A DNA stretch of 62,862 bases, counting the filler, from Klebsormidium nitens (lineage: Eukaryota; Plantae; Klebsormidiophyceae): NCBI GenBank assembly GCA_000708835.1. It is 7 parts of 7 records of this genome, joined end to end, with 100 filler letters (N's around TTAATTAATTAA, not from the genome) between each part and the next. Parts side by side here need not be neighbours in the genome. Positions count along the whole stretch, not along the records: positions 1 to 5,871 come from DF238394.1; positions 5,972 to 10,438 come from DF238500.1; positions 10,539 to 32,790 come from DF237909.1; 4 more parts are not named here. The stretch is one strand, 5' to 3'. The stretch's first letter is position 1. Each line of letters opens with the position of its first letter. Below, in pieces: positions 1 through 14,400 of this stretch. A program made the position numbers and the translations under genes. The notes under the pieces are model-generated. The model saw nothing but the letters and a program-made list of their open reading frames with translations. It ran no database searches and was not told the DNA's origin.

Positions 1-3000
1 CCAGCCACGCAAGCTGTGCAGAGCACAGATAAGCTTGGCTGCATCGAACGGCGAAGCCGAACACAACTTATCCTGAACGGTGACATCGGCTCACTGAAGC
101 CGATCCATCCGGGATATTACGGCGTCTTGCAGACAGCCACGCAGTGCGTCGTTAAGACGTAACCACCGCCGTTTCGCTAACCCGCAGGTCAACGAAATCC
201 TGTCGAGAACGAGGTTAGGCTTAACCAATCGTAATCGTTACAACGGTAATGTGGAGTCAAGGATGTGACAGTAATACGTATCCCAAGTATGTATTACGAT
301 AACCGTCTATAGCAAGTGGATTCTTAATCACGGGCCGGGTCCCACTCACAGTTAAACCTTTCCAAGGGGAAAAAAGAAAGAAAAAAGAGGAAAAAGAGAT
401 GAAAAAGCTAATAAGAGCGTCTTTATAAGACCATATTATACACAGTGGGTGCGTGGTTCCAGCCGGCCGTTCGATTTGATATTCACTGTGGCCGTCCAAT
501 TTCTAGATGAATCCAGAAAGTGACGAGTATATGACGTTGCAATCAAATTCTAATATGAGCGCCTTGGACGCCGGTCCACGAGCGACACGTGGTCTTTCAA
601 GTTGTACACGCGGCAGAATCAAGATGCCGGAATTCATGCCATGTCACGTACTCAGTGAGTGGGACTGAATAGCCGCCGACTCAGTGTAAGGTGTAGCAGA
701 GAAATTTTCGGACTTATGTGACGCCGGGTCCACCAAGCTTAGTAGACAAGTATAGAGTCAAGAAGATGGCCACTTGAAACAATCTATATATATAGTGTGT
801 AAACCTGATTGTTTCAACATTATCCCTTTGATGCTGTGGTGCAACAGGTTAGTGGCTCACGGCGCTGCAAAGGATGAATCACCGAAGGGTGCCTTCTAGG
901 TCGAGACGACGTTGCTAAGAAAGCGGTTTCGTTCACTTGAAGCAATTGAGTAAGCAACACGTGAAGTCGGCGCAAGGATGAAAATCATGTTTCGTCTTAA
1001 GGAGAAGCGGCAATTCGCGATGCAATTAAGCCTATGGTTCTTTCTTGTCAATGAAGTTATTGGTGGGGGCCTTCTGCTTATCAAGGGTGATCAAGTGGCA
1101 GAGAGAGCCTATGGAGAATAAATCCACCTTTGGTTCCGAGAACGAGAGAAAGGGAAAGTAGATCCTAAGATGGCTGACGGATTCAAAGTCCACAAAGACA
1201 AGCTTGGTGTAGATAACCACATCAATTGGAGTCGCAAGATCAAGTTTTTGTTGATATCAAAGGATTTACGAGATTGCCAAAAAGGATTCGGTAGCGTGAC
1301 ATCAAAGGATCTGTGAAGTGGACTGAAGGATCTCGCCGGCGCACGCCACTCACCGTCAATGAGGGCGTTGTCGATCATTGGGCTGAATGTTGACATCCAC
1401 CATTTGGGTCAAATGAGGCGTGCAAGACTGTAAAGGAGGCTTGGAAGTTGGGATCTCCGGGCCTTGAGACGACCTACATGGACCAAGTTCAATGCAAGGA
1501 AAATGCATCTCCGGCAAGAGTTGCATCCCCTCTAGATGAAGTTAGGTGCCACCGTGTACGTGGCTCATCCAAAGGATCTGTTTAGGGACTTGACAGCTAC
1601 TGCTTTCGATTTGAAGCCGGAAGAGCTGGCTTGGAGCGTGCTCGCGCAGGACTGCCGAGCTTGTTAGGCACCCTGAAAACAAAACCAAGAGGCTTTGGAG
1701 GGCGCTTTGAGCTCTGTGGAGGCGCATTTGCCGAAGCTCTTGGTGCATGAGCAGAGGATACCTACTGAAATCCGGTGGTATCTACTGAAATCCGGTGACG
1801 CGAAGTAGTCAGCCGTATTGCTTATCGACGGTTTAGATTGAGTAGGCACAGTAGTTAGTTAGATCCGAGTGTGGTAGAGTGCAGCCTAGAGCTCGACCTG
1901 GACTGTAATTTTGTTGACTAGCCTGTCAACAAGATTCAGACTGGAGACTGGAGACTGTACACTCAAATACAGGCAGCCTTGTTTAAGAGCGAAGAAGGAC
2001 ATTGTGATTGATGTATCATTCTGAGGGGAGTTGTTGGAGGAGAAGGCGCTTGTTGAAGGGCGTTCAACTCGTGTGCAACTCGGAATGTGTTGGCGTGTGG
2101 AACCGGCATGAGAAGCCCGTGGCGGTGATTGATGTGCAAATGCTGTGCATGACTGGGTGAATTTCAACAGTATTTCAAACTCCGCTATGGCTTATGCAGC
2201 TCAGTAAAAAGGGAACAAGGAGATAGGCCACGGCAAATATGAGAGCCGGAGCAAGGGGCCTAAGTGTAATAGTTGCGGAGAGTAGGATCATATTGCCCGA
2301 AAGTGCAGCAAGCACAATAGGTGGGACCTGAATTTGAAGCAAAAGAGGGGAATGAAACCTTTCAAAGGGGTGGTTTTTCGTATGATTGAGGGGGTAGCTG
2401 CCAACGAGTGGCTCTTGATTTGGTAGCTTCCAACACTCAACCGCGGACAAGAGCCTATTTGGCGGAAATGTCTGAGTGTTCATGTTCGGGGACAAACAAC
2501 CTTCTGGGCAGAGAGGAGCGGCTCAGTTGAGCTGCGCTGTTACACCAACTAGCGAAAGTTTGGTCAGATTGTACAAAACGTGATGTATGTCCAGACGGTG
2601 CCAGCAACTCTGATCTCGGTGAGCAAGGCAGCCAAGGTCGCGACAGTTTCGTTCAAGGAGAATAGCTGTGAGCTTGCGATTCGGCAGGGAGGTAGTCCTT
2701 AAAGCTCGGAAAGGGGGGCATCTATGTGGTAGACCAGGCGGAGACGGACAAATGTTTCCTTGTGAGGAAGCCAGAGACGGCAGAGCTGTGGCCGGATGAG
2801 ACATGACGAGCATGAGAACTCGGCGAATAAGATGGTGCAACGGAATCTCGTTGGAAATTTCGAGGTGGAATTGTCGGGATTCGGGCATTTAGTGTGGGCA
2901 ATCTCTTGGGTGACGTCGACAGGGGTTCGACGTTGTTGAAACACAGCTTTGTTGGAAGTGATATTCAATCAATCAACTTCACACAAAGTATATGGAGTGT

Positions 3001-3846
3001 TCCGAGTCACGGCCTAACTGTAGGTCTACACTCTAGCCTAGTGGGCTCAGTGGACCGTCACCTAGTAAGTCCGAAAATCTCACTCTATACCGTACATCTA
3101 CGGCCATTATCGAACCTACACAATATCGACGGTTATCGCCAAGTCATTCGGGTGTAACGCTGTAACCCGCGCGCATTTAACCGTGTAACCGTAACTTCTA
3201 GTTACCGTCGAATTACCGTCGACGTCGTGATCCTAAAACCCTAGAATCACCCTAGAGATTCGGTCCCTAAATGCCCGTATTTCAACAGGACTTCGCAGTG
3301 GCCTATGTTGCCGGGCGAAAAGGGTACGAGAAAGTCCACGTCAAGGATGAGAGCCGGGGCAAAGGGCCAAAGTGCTATAATTTCAGGGAGTTCCTTGCGC
3401 TGCGGTGTGTGTCGGTAGTGTTGGAAAAGGTTGCCTGACGCTGCACGGTGCGTCGGCAGTGGTGATAAGGGTTGCTTGCTAGTGGATTGCGAGGGTTTCC
3501 CGCTTTCTTCATTAAAGTTGCTGCGCCGGTAGCGGGGCAGGTAGCGTAGTTAACGCCGGCGGATAGACAGCATTTATTGGTGAGCATTGCCGCTTGTGAT
3601 CCCCTTCTTGCATGCCTCCACAGACAAGGAACTGTCGCAGAAAGAAGGGAGAAACAACGGACGCGTCCTCTTCGACGCCGCCATACCTTGCAAGGGACAG
3701 ATTCGGAGCTGAGCCTTCGGATAGGTTGAGCCCTGGTGAGCAAGAATCAAAGGCTTCTAAAATATACGGCAAAGTGCCTCTTTAGGCCCTTAGATCAGCT
3801 TGGGATTGCTTCTTCTTTCTTCGTTGACGGCGAAAATCTCTAGACA

Positions 3847-5870
3847 ATGGAGGAGTTTGGTGCGTCGGCAGGGGCTAAGACCCAGTTTGGCAAGTTCAAC
3901 CGGCGCAATGAGACCATGCTCGATTCAAAGTTGAAGATCAAGGTCCAGAACCGCTTGGGTCTCCTCATGACCGGAAGAAGTGCGTCAGCGCCCATTCTGT
4001 CTTCTATGGAGTCGTTTGCGGTCCTGCTAGAATCCTGCGTGAGTGATGCCTATCACGCCCTGCATGATCATTTCCGAGAACGTCTGGAAAAGAACATCAC
4101 GGAGCGCGTCAAGATTGACGAGAAGAACAAGGAGAATGAGCAGAAGCCGGTCAAGGCCTGGCATACCAAGTTGGATGCCGGCCAAGACCCCGATGCGTTC
4201 CACCCAGGTCTCAAAATCATGCCTAAAGAGGACAAGACTTTAATGGATTGAGGCCTGGACTTTCTTGCAGAAGATCTACTCGGAGCAGACTGCCGCCGCG
4301 TTGTGGGACTACCTGCTGTTCTTCTATGACAAGACGGTACCACGCAAGGGATGTTCCATCGCCTTAGAGAACTCATCCGTCTAAACAAGAAGACCGAGAA
4401 TGGTCGGGAAATCGTCGAGAAGGCGGTGTTTGCCATGAAGCCGGAGCTGAGAAGGGCGGTTGAGCGTCAAACCCTCACTTGGGAGGAGGAAGAGCTAACT
4501 CGAACGAAGCTAGAGGCGAGGTGCCGGCAAATCGAAGAAGCCCTCTACACCAGGGAGCCGAGACGCGCGCTGGTAAAGATGGTCAAGGGAGACTTAGCCG
4601 GTAAACTGGGAGGGATGTCACTTTTTGGGGCGTCCTCATCGTGGGGGAACGAGAGGAAGCGGGAGTCAAACGACAGCGGTGAAGCCAAACTCAAGAGCCA
4701 GAGCAAGGGGGAGCGCCGGCGCGAGAAGTAGGAGAAGCAGGCTCTTGCTGCGGGGCCCGCCGGCAGCTTCAAGCTCGGGAGGGGAGTTTTTGGGGGAGTG
4801 CTGGAACTGCGGAAAGTCAGGCCACCGGCGAGTTGACTGCGGAGAAAAACCCAAGGAGGGCAGGGACCGGGGAGCGGAAGGACTTTCACACGGGCCACGA
4901 GTGCTTGGAGAAGTTCCCCTGGAAAAGCGTCCAGACAAGTGGAAGAAGAGGGGTGACAGCGCGCCCAAGCCTGTCGGCAACCCCCCGGGAAAAGACCCAA
5001 GAATGCGTACGTGGCGCAGGACGCTGAGGAGGACTCTCAAGAGGAGGACGATCAGTGAAGCCCCTTTATGGCGTGGTCAGCGACCGTACAGGGAGCGCCG
5101 GCGCATCTCCGAGCTTTGGCGCTCGGCAATGGCAGACGAGGGGCCGCAGCTGCGCCTAGCACGCAGGCGCAGCGAGACACCACCCCTGCCGTGCGCGCGT
5201 CTCGCAAGGCTGAGCGCCTCGCAGCACGAGCCAAAGAGGACCGTCTGCGCAAGGGAGGTCCATCGCCGCCGTTCAAGCTCAAGGGAGAGCGGCCGCCGCC
5301 GGGCACCTGAGACCGAGGGGGAGAAGGAATCTGAGGAAGAAGAGGCGCCGGCAAGAAGAAGGCGGGCTGCGCGGGGGAAAGAACCACAGGCAATCCACGA
5401 GGTTCGCTTTCCCCCTGCTTTCCAGTCCTGAGTCTTCCCCGATGGACTCGCGCTACCAGGGGCTTGAAAGCATGGACCTGGTGGGGGTACGCTTGAAGAG
5501 CTGTTGGAAGGTCTACCCGTGGGTGGGACCTATCACATGTGAGACTGTGAGGCGCCAGGGAGTGGCACCGGAAGCGTCGGCGCCAATTTACTTCGCTGGC
5601 GAAGCAACAGATGGGGGAGCGATGGACCGGAGGGAGAAAAAGAAGCTGAAGGAGTTCTATGAAGCTGCGGCGCAGGCTCAAGAGAAGCAGCTCGTGTGGG
5701 AGGAACTGGATGAAGTATTGCGCGAATCGGACCCGCAAGAGGAGGTGGTGCTCAAGGGGAAGAAGAAGCCGGGGCGCAAGGCGCGGGACCTTCACTTTGA
5801 CATGGTGTTGAAACTCATGGTAGGGAGTTGTAGTGTAGTTGAGTTACTCGTCATCGGGTCTTATCGTGTT
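3847..5870 (+). pseudogene. Decayed LTR-retrotransposon (Copia-like) gag region with CCHC zinc knuckle
   Basis: Consecutive ORF pieces 3847-4251, 4351-4731 and 4625-5431 are broken by stops and frameshifts. An alternate frame near 4268-4370 reads QKIYSEQTAAALWDYLLFFYDK, resembling the TAxxLWxxL motif of Copia gag. The CX2CX4HX4C knuckle CWNCGKSGHRRVDC lies at ~4798-4840. The region is truncated by an assembly gap. Confidence 0.6.
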
Positions 5871-6449
5871 GNNNNNNNNNNNNNNNNNNNNNNNNNNNNN
5901 NNNNNNNNNNNNNNNTTAATTAATTAANNNNNNNNNNNNNNNNNNNNNNNNNNNNNNNNNNNNNNNNNNNNTCATACCGTGGTAGGTAGTACGGTAGGTA
6001 GGTCATACAGGCCTCGAGCGGTCCATTTGTCGAGTCGACCGACGGGACTCACACAGGCCTACCAAAACAAATTGTGCAGACTCCAGAGCAAAGCCGATGC
6101 AATCGAAAATCCTTGTCGAAACGCTGAAGTAATCGGCGGCATACGGTACGGTAGCGATCTCGTAGTACGTGCGAAGAAACTGACATGCGACGACCTAGTA
6201 TGTCGACATGACAAACAGATTTCGCAATCTCTCACCGGTATGATTTGGATGAACCGGTCATGCAGCAAATGATTGGATACCGCCCCGGGGTGCACTGTGT
6301 CCGGCTAGGCCGCGCAGCTAGGCTCCTAGCTGCCGCGCGCGCCGCCACGCGGCATGCGGCTCTTGCCTCTTGCGCCAGTGGCCAGTCGGACCGGGCCCGG
6401 GCGGGCTGGTGCAGTTCGGGGACGAATCCTGCGCTGTGCTGCGTCGTTA

Positions 6450-6552
6450 GTCGGACTTCAGATCCGTAGTCGGACTGACGATCAATGTGGTTGCAGCAAG
6501 TCGGACTAACGGCGCCCCAGAAGCCAGGAACGAGCTTGTGAAGTCCGACTAA
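6450..6552. repeat. Cluster of AGTC[G/C]GACT quasi-palindromic motifs, probable TE subterminal repeats
   Basis: GTCGGACT at 6450, 6469 and 6500, and an inverted copy AGTCCGAC at 6542. Two copies are followed by AAC(G). Confidence 0.45.
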
Positions 6553-9500
6553 CGAGCAGCTAGAGTCGTCCGATCTGATGACATGGCCACAAATTCAGTG
6601 GCTCAGATGCTGGCTCGGATGGAACCGGTCTGAGGGGTTAAACAGGGTTTCAAAGGAAAACCTGAAGGGGGTACGACGAAACCAGCTGCAACTTTTGAAT
6701 TAATGAACGGGCAAAAGTGCCTGCCACGTCATATTAAGTTGACATTCAATTTTTAAAATTCAAACAAAACCTTGCATAGGCTGGTGCTGGAAATAGCACA
6801 ACTGCACAAGTCCTCATGGGCTCAGGAGAAGGTGAGGAAGAAGAAGGCGCTGGCACCTACTTGGCTGCAAAAGGGCTTGCAGCCTCTCGGAAAAGCAATG
6901 CCGTTTGCCTTTGGTGGTGGCAATATTGCTGATGACAAGGGGCAAAGTTCCTGTTGGCAAATGCAACAAGGGGCATGGGCTTGATCGGATTTAGCGGCTA
7001 CGGAATGCTGGAGAGGCCAAGCACATTTTGTGACTTGTGCCTGCCAGACGGTCTGGGCGCGTGAATTGCTGTGCCATGCATTTACAGACTGGTTGGGCGG
7101 TCTTAAAGCGCCTGCATAACTGCAGAGCAAGGACTGCAAATGTATGGATGTGGCAAGGCCACATAACACTCTCTGGCTGTCGAGGTAAGTCGCCATGGCC
7201 TGACTGCAGGTGCATCACCGAAAGATGCATCAGCGCTGATCAATGACGGCAAGGAGCACATTTTGCGACCTGTCCGCCAGAACACAAAGCATTGGAAAGC
7301 TGCAGTTACAGCTTTGTGTTGTGCAGACGAGATGCACGCTTTCTTCAGCAAAGTTATCAACGTTGACAGGATGGCCAAAAGATTGAGTGCTGTCCATTAC
7401 TTTAGCCGTCTAGAGCGTAAAACCAAAACTAATGACGCTGCTCTAGAAAGTGCTGTAACAATAGAACACGCAAGCTTCAGAATTGCACGCACATGCTTTT
7501 TCAAAGATGCAGGCTCCCTTCAAAGTTTGCTTTTTTGAAAAGCACTTTGATATTGAAGCTATGGGATATCATACTGGTTGCTGTGATGGCTGGCTCTAGT
7601 TGCACCTTGCTTGAGCAATCAAATACTGGTGGTATAGTGTCACTGTCCGAGGTTCAAGTCTTGTAGTGAGAATCCGCCGTGCAGAAAGGCCCTGCAGGAT
7701 CTTTAAAAGTAGTGGGTGCAATCTGATCGCTTTCACTTGTGCAGATGTCGTGGCCCAAGCTCTATTGGGTTTGCTGCTGTGATGAAGGAGACCGGCATCA
7801 ATGGTTACCTGGGGTTTATATCTCTAAGCGCCACCAAGCTACCCGCAATTTTCAACTGGAAGGTGACCAGAGTGGCCGCCATCGAGGAGAGCTTACTCAA
7901 TCCCTGCATGCCTGGCTGATCATCGACTGAGAGGTAAGTCCAAGTCTCAATTGGTAAAACAAAGCCATGCTTATACCGAAAGCTCAATCTGATCCACTTC
8001 ATTCTTTAAAAGCAATCTTGCTCGACCACGTCATCGTTGTAAATAAGCAGACACCCATGCTACATTGGGTGCTGGATGCATTCACCCTGTTGCGTCGGGA
8101 CTGGTTGGCGCTCCTGCATCCGTTTTCGTGAGTGTCAAATCTCAACACGTGTCTGATTGGACGGGCCGAGCGGCTATTCAAGTGCAAGTTTCAACTATTC
8201 CAGCTTTCTTTGATGTAGCTGAATTCATCATCAACCCCTGATCAATGTTTCTCGATCTTATTCTGCAAGTCCAATGGACCAAAGTAGGTCTTCAATCAAC
8301 GATGCACTTTGGCAGGGTTCTTTGGTCTTTGAAGCATCTGAGCAGCACTTTAGATGCAAGCCTCCTACCCTAGTTTCTAGCGCCTGGCAGATTGCTCTGT
8401 GTAGTTGCGTGCCGCTTCTCGATGGATGCGCAAGATCTTAAAGCAAAGTTGCATCGTTATTTCTCGGCAGCTGCATGTAACCGTAGCAGTACTCATCTTG
8501 TATATGAGTCGCTGCTTGAACAGCAGAATCAATGCGTCACTCCTTCAAAGGCAAACGCTGATACTGCAAGTGACCTCACAAGATGAAGTGAGGGCACTTT
8601 GTCATGACGTACAGTCTCGGCGCTGTAGCATGTCGATTCCGAGCTCATGCAATGGTTCGAGGCTACATGTAGACACGACAGCCATGTGTGGCGGTTTGCC
8701 CGATTGCTCCTTAGCGGTGACAACCACAAGGGGGGCGACACATGATTCCGACTACAACAAGAACTGCGGCCTACATTACCCCTAGTCTCCATTAGCATAA
8801 TTAGAGCTGTGTAGCTGGGACAACAATTCACTTTTTAGCCTCATTTTGGTATCATCGAACGGTGGTCCGATCGTGATATGTAGGCCTCTACATCAACCGT
8901 CGATTTGGCTTCAATTCGGAATTACCTAAATCTGGGGTTCACGAAATATAGCTAAACCGACCCGAGTTCGATACTCAGTGTTAACCATATAAAACGGTAC
9001 TTTATTGGTTAATACAATGCTTGCCTCATAGCTAGTCCGATCTAGTATGCGGTTAGTTAAGGGTTATCAACATCCATACAACACACATTGCTTGTACTTA
9101 CCCGGTTGTATGCTAGCACTCTTAGAACGCCTTTGCTACAAGAGAGCTTTCAACCAAGTCTTAGGTATCTACTTGCAAGTGACCTTGAAGGAGAGGAAGG
9201 AGCCGCTTCTTTTGGAAGGGCTGCCCATTGAAGTAAAGGTATTGTCTCCGGTGCTTCTTATGTGTTCTCATTGATACATGTGGTTTCTTAGCATGATAGA
9301 TCATTCTCCGGTGACCTTGTCTTAAACCATTGCCTCCGTGCAAATGCATGTCCTGAGAGACCGCCCCGGTAGCCACGAGCCCGGGAGGCTTTCTCCTACG
9401 ACTTGCAAGTAGATCATGCTTTGGTTTGAGCTTGGCTGCATTGCGGAGCTAGTTGGGTTGAGGTGGCATGGATTTTAGACGTTCCGGCACTCCGACTTTT

Positions 9501-9935
9501 ACGTAGGGTTTCCTGTGTGAAAGGAGACCAAAGGCTGATTTCAGGGACAGCGGTACACGTGACACCTTACGGACCAGCAGGGGCACCTCAGCGGGTTGCA
9601 TCTTGTGCGTTGACAGGGCATTGGCCGCGTTGCATGATTTCAGACCTTTGAGTTACGAGGCAGGAAAATTCTGATTTTGGAGCCACGTTACGTCAGGAAG
9701 TGCCGTAAGACAGCCAGGGTTTTGCTTGGTGTTTTACTGCACATTACCGCTTGGATCGGGGCGTTACGGGCTGATTTGCCAATGTTGCATTTTGCTGAGG
9801 GCAGACTTTCAGATCCACGCCGCTGTTCTTGCGCTCCTGTTTGAGCAGCACTTTGACAGCCTTGTGAAGGTGCATGCTTGTGAGGGACAGGCGCACAACT
9901 GCTTAGCATAATGGTGCCTGACTAAGGATGCATAA

Positions 9936-10438
9936 TTGAGCACAGGTCTGAACCCTAGCGCGCAGCGCGCTGTAGCTGACCGTGCGCCATTATGGCAGTC
10001 CTTAGCAATGCAGGATGGTGGTGCCGGAGTGTGGCTTCATGGCTACAACGAGAAGAACGAGCGTAACGCTGAGCCCACCAAGGAGGTGTTTGACGTTGAG
10101 CTTGGTCTCCGCTTCCTCGGCACTCAAGACGAGCTTGAAGGTTTTCGCGAGCGCCAGCGCATCATCAACAAGTCCAAGTCTGACGGCATCTACGTGGCGC
10201 CGCCGGAACAGGAGCGCGGGGTTGAGGACCCCATGCTTGTGGACTCGCGCGCGAGTGCTGCTTCCGGACTTGCCGTTAGTCTTGAGGGAGGAGGGAGTGG
10301 TTTGCATCGTGACGTGCTTGGTGTACCAGGGACAGAGCTTGTGCTCCCACCTGAACCCACTTACAACTCTGCTGCTGCCCAGCAGGCTAAGAAGGACAAG
10401 AAGAAGCGGGCCAAGCAGAACCAGGGAGCTGCAGCACC
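9936..10438 (+). CDS. Uncharacterised ORF fragment running into a gap
   Basis: Open frame of ~165 codons with coding-like composition and a Lys-rich stretch (AKKDKKKRAKQ). No family recognised; it could be TE-derived. Confidence 0.3.
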
Positions 10439-11428
10439 NNNNNNNNNNNNNNNNNNNNNNNNNNNNNNNNNNNNNNNNNNNNTTAATTAATTAANNNNNN
10501 NNNNNNNNNNNNNNNNNNNNNNNNNNNNNNNNNNNNNNGGTCATCCTGAGGTCATCCCTTCGTAGGGCATGGCCCGGGGGCCGCAGAGCATGCTCACAAC
10601 AGTATAGTCCTGCCCGGTAGACCATCATGTGATCGGATGCTATAAGTGCAATGATTGAAAATTCCACCCCGAGTGAATCTCGATTCAAGCGCATCGCGAT
10701 TCGCCGGAACTCGCAACCTAGGATTCGACCCTTGATTGCGGACTTTAGACCTACCAAAAAGCTGCCACGTGTTTTGCAGGCTATGCTTTATGGCGATGCC
10801 TGCAACCATGGCCGAAGAAATTTAGGATAAGAAGCGTCCTTTGCGCGGGAGCACTTGCGACTCGCGAACTCACGGTTCACCTGAAATTCTGCGCCCTTTT
10901 TGCGTTTGAAGAGCTGGTCAACGCTTGGAAGATCTCAAAGTTGGATGAAACTTGGAAGTTCCAGGAACAACCTGAGCACTCGATGTCCGTCAAAGTTGCA
11001 TAGATCTTGTGAACGTCAAATCAAAAACTACCGTGAACTCTTCGAAGATCCAATGACGACGGTCCTAACTTTTGAACTCGTGACTTGCCTGGCGAGTTGC
11101 CTCGAAGTTCCCAGAACGTTCGAACTTCGATGGAAAGGTGGAGCCTCGATCAGAGGCAAGGGCCAGGGCAGCAGGCAAGGGGCATTTTGAGGTTCTAGAA
11201 GGGCCAGTGTATTCATTAAAAGGTACTTCTTAATAGCTTCCTCTAAAGAAGGAGAAGTGGTGTCTGCATGGTTCTTGTGTGCCTTGACTCGGCACTGGCG
11301 AGTCCTCTAGTTGTTCCCAGCAGAATTGGCCCTCCGTACGGAAGCATCGTAACGGCGCTCTTCTCGTAAAACGTTGTGCATATGCGGGCTTGCTAATCGA
11401 GAACCAGGCTCAGCACAGTCGCATCTGC

Positions 11429-14400
11429 ATGGCTCCGTTTTTGGAGGAGTCGCAGGCAGGATCGGCCCTGCGGTTCAAGGTTTCATACCGGGGAAAGCTG
11501 CAAGAGCTACACAGAGAACCTTCCGAGATGCTGGCTGGACTAGCCCACCACTTAGGCGAGGTTACTGGTGCCAATCCAGATACAATCAAGCTGATTCTAC
11601 CAAGGAGCAGGAGAGGGGTTCCTGGAAAACCTGCACCCCCTGCCCTGCAACCCTTGAGTGATGAGTGGAGGGGCTTGACACTGGCGGAGGCTGGCATTAC
11701 TCAGGTTAGCATCTGAAATTGATAACTCCGTAAAGTTGCAGCTGGAGAATCTAGGAGAAGTATTGCAGGTCTTCTTTGGCGTGCTCTCGATAGACGGCTT
11801 GTGACACGGCGCTTGAATCCTTGGTGTTATGCACAACATTTTGCAATCTTCAGAACAATGGTGAAGGCCATGTGAGAAATTCTGCAAAAAGCAAGGAGCC
11901 TGTCATCAGCAGAAGTCTGGTTTTTAAACCGTTTGGCACCGGATCAGAAGTTTCACAGCGTTGCCCTGAGGTGTCACTTCTCTGCCTGTGACCATATTGA
12001 CGCTCTGCCTCTTGAAACATACAAGATCCTTGTTAAACCCCTATATTCGTCGTGTTGCCACCATGACAAGTTTCTACTGCCCCCATTCCTTTTAGTAGCT
12101 CGTCTAGCCCAGAACAAAGAGTGGAGAAGGCTGCATTGAAGAACTCTCACTTCATGGAGCCCCATGCTGAGCAATTGAACTTCTGTATCACAGGACATGA
12201 CCATCCTCATGTCTGGAGCTTCCACCACCGAAGTGGCGGCTGTGAGCAAGACCTCTGCGGCGGGCATCGCTGACTTTGAGTATGAGGAGAAAAGGGCACG
12301 CATGCGCGCGCGCAGGAAACGCGCTCCCCTGGCCCTGCCCACTGGGCCGTATGTGTTTGCGGATTTCAGGACCCTGCAATTGCCTGGCATCTTGGTAAGG
12401 AACCAAGCCCCATGTCTCTGCTGGTGCATGTGCTTGCAACGTGGCACAACCTTGTGTGAGGGTATGTGAGTTTCCATCAAAGTTCTGAGGAGGCTCTTGC
12501 CAAGCAAATCCTGTATGCTCTTTGCCCTTAGCCAATCCTTCCGTTCACCTTTCTGTCGCCTCCCGCGCCCTTGCATATGGTTTGCAGCAGACTTGAGGGT
12601 TGCTAACAATTGCTGTGGTTTTGCAGCTGCATCCGCCAGAGACCAAGGCACTGAAGCTCATGCACAAGCTGGCCAGCGATCCCGGTGTCGTTGCCATAAT
12701 GAACAAGGTGAGCCTACGATCTTGCTAAGAGCCTCAACGACTTGCAATTAACCTATAGTTTCGTCCCTACTTATGCTTGTGACAAGTCTTAGAGAACGCA
12801 GGGTGTTGACCAATATCTCTCTTTGGCTTTGACTTGATAACCGCTTGTTCTGCAGAGACTCAAACGTTCATGGGTGATCTAGAGTCAGCCCTTGAGTTGG
12901 CCGTGCCGATGTGAGTTGTGGATACCAGAACGTTTCGGTTCCATGTTCCTTTCTGATGCCGAGTTCCGCAGCTCGAGAAATTGGTTCGTCCGTTCTGACA
13001 ACCGGTTCTTTGTGGTCCGCAGTACAAGTGGCGCGTGGGCATTATGACCGAGCTGGCCCCCGAGGGCTACGTCGGGGTGAGCCCCGTGTGCCTCCTGGGC
13101 TTCAACCGTAACCGCGGCGCCGAGATCTCGCTCCGCCTGCGCACCGACGACCTCGCCGGGTTCCGCAAGTATGACAGCATCCGGAAGACGCTGCTCCACG
13201 AGCTGACGCACATGGTGCATGATGACCACGACGAGCACTTCAAGGCGCTGAACAGTCTGCTCAACAAGCAAGCAGAGGAACTAGATTGGACGCGGAAGCG
13301 GGCGCACACCCTGGGGGGCAAGGCGGCTACTGAGAGCGATGAGGACGAGTCGGAGAGCAGTGACGAGGAAGTGGGGCGGGTTCTCGGAGGGGGGGGGCAG
13401 AATACACTGGTGATGGACCCCCGGGCAGCAGCAGCTGCTGCAGCGATGAGGCGGGATGCTGAGAAGAGGAGGCGGGAGGCGGAAGGGCAGCCGACTGCTG
13501 ACGTGGCGGATGATGTCATTATGGACGATCCAAGCGTGGGGAGAAGCGGGCTGCCAAGTTCTCCGCTAGTAGGGGGAGTCTCAGGAACGATTGTGGATGT
13601 CGGCAGGGAGAGCTCGTCGGAGGTGGAAATAACTGAAGGAACGACGGGGACAGGCGCGTCACGGGGGGCGCAGGAGAAAGGCCACATCGACGAAAAGGAT
13701 GTGAAAGAAGGGCAGCAGAATGATGATAGCGCTCGGGAAGGTGCAGCGAGGGGGTGCCGACAGTCGAGCGGATGCAAGAGGAGCCGAGCACTGGAGGCGG
13801 GGAGCAGACAAGTGAAACGGGAATCACGGAAGGTGCCTCCATCGGGGCTGCGGGCTCAGTTTCTGAAAGCGGGGATATTCAGCTGCAGAAAGGGGATGAG
13901 GTCACGCCTTCGAGAAGAGAACCCGACCCAGACGATCCTGACGATACCCTTCTGGAACTCAGGCACGATCAGGACGTAGCAAAGAAGCAAGCCGAATTAA
14001 CGTCTCAGCTGAATCGAATGGAAGAAGAGGAAACGGACGGGAGCGAACCGATGACTGTGGACGCACCACTTGCGGCGCCGGCGCCGGGGCCCAGTGAGCA
14101 GGTGCCACGTGGCAGCGACGACGCGGCAGCTGGCGGTTTGGAATGGCAGCGGGCTCAGGAAGCTGCGGCGGAGGCGAGCGGGCGGGTGCAGAAAGCGGTG
14201 GCGGATTTGAGGCAACAGGCCGGACCGGGGGAGGTTACGCTAACCCTGAAAACGCTGGCAACGATTCTTCGCAATGTGATGGAGCACCCGGCCGAGGCGA
14301 AGTACCGGCGGGTGCGCAAGACGAATGCGGCGTTCTTCGAGAGGGTCGGCAGGTTCCAAGGTGAGCTCGGAGGGGCGTACTGTGGTAGGGTTTTCGGATT

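Noticed and set aside
836-860. CAACAGGTTAGTGGCTC resembling a Copia LTR end plus primer-binding site
   Set aside because: Only a partial match and no second LTR could be paired; insufficient support.
896-3230. Possible decayed hAT/DNA transposon (ASSERN-like peptide on - strand; GTAAC-rich motifs near 230 and 3155-3220)
   Set aside because: The motif match is too short and the terminal repeats do not align convincingly.
5916-5927. TTAATTAATTAA palindrome inside N runs (also 10483, 32835, 36726, 52578, 60251)
   Set aside because: Identical 12-mer centred in six separate gaps, with stops in all frames: an artificial scaffolding spacer, not biology.
6700-9460. TGCA-rich, stop-ridden region (similarly 36780-39000 and 21830-22520) that may be old methylated TE sequence
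   Set aside because: No identifiable domain, so it cannot be assigned without a database search.
10860-11150. GAACT/AGTTC/TTCGAA-rich stretch
   Set aside because: Possibly a TE end, but no clear TIR, TSD or period could be defined.
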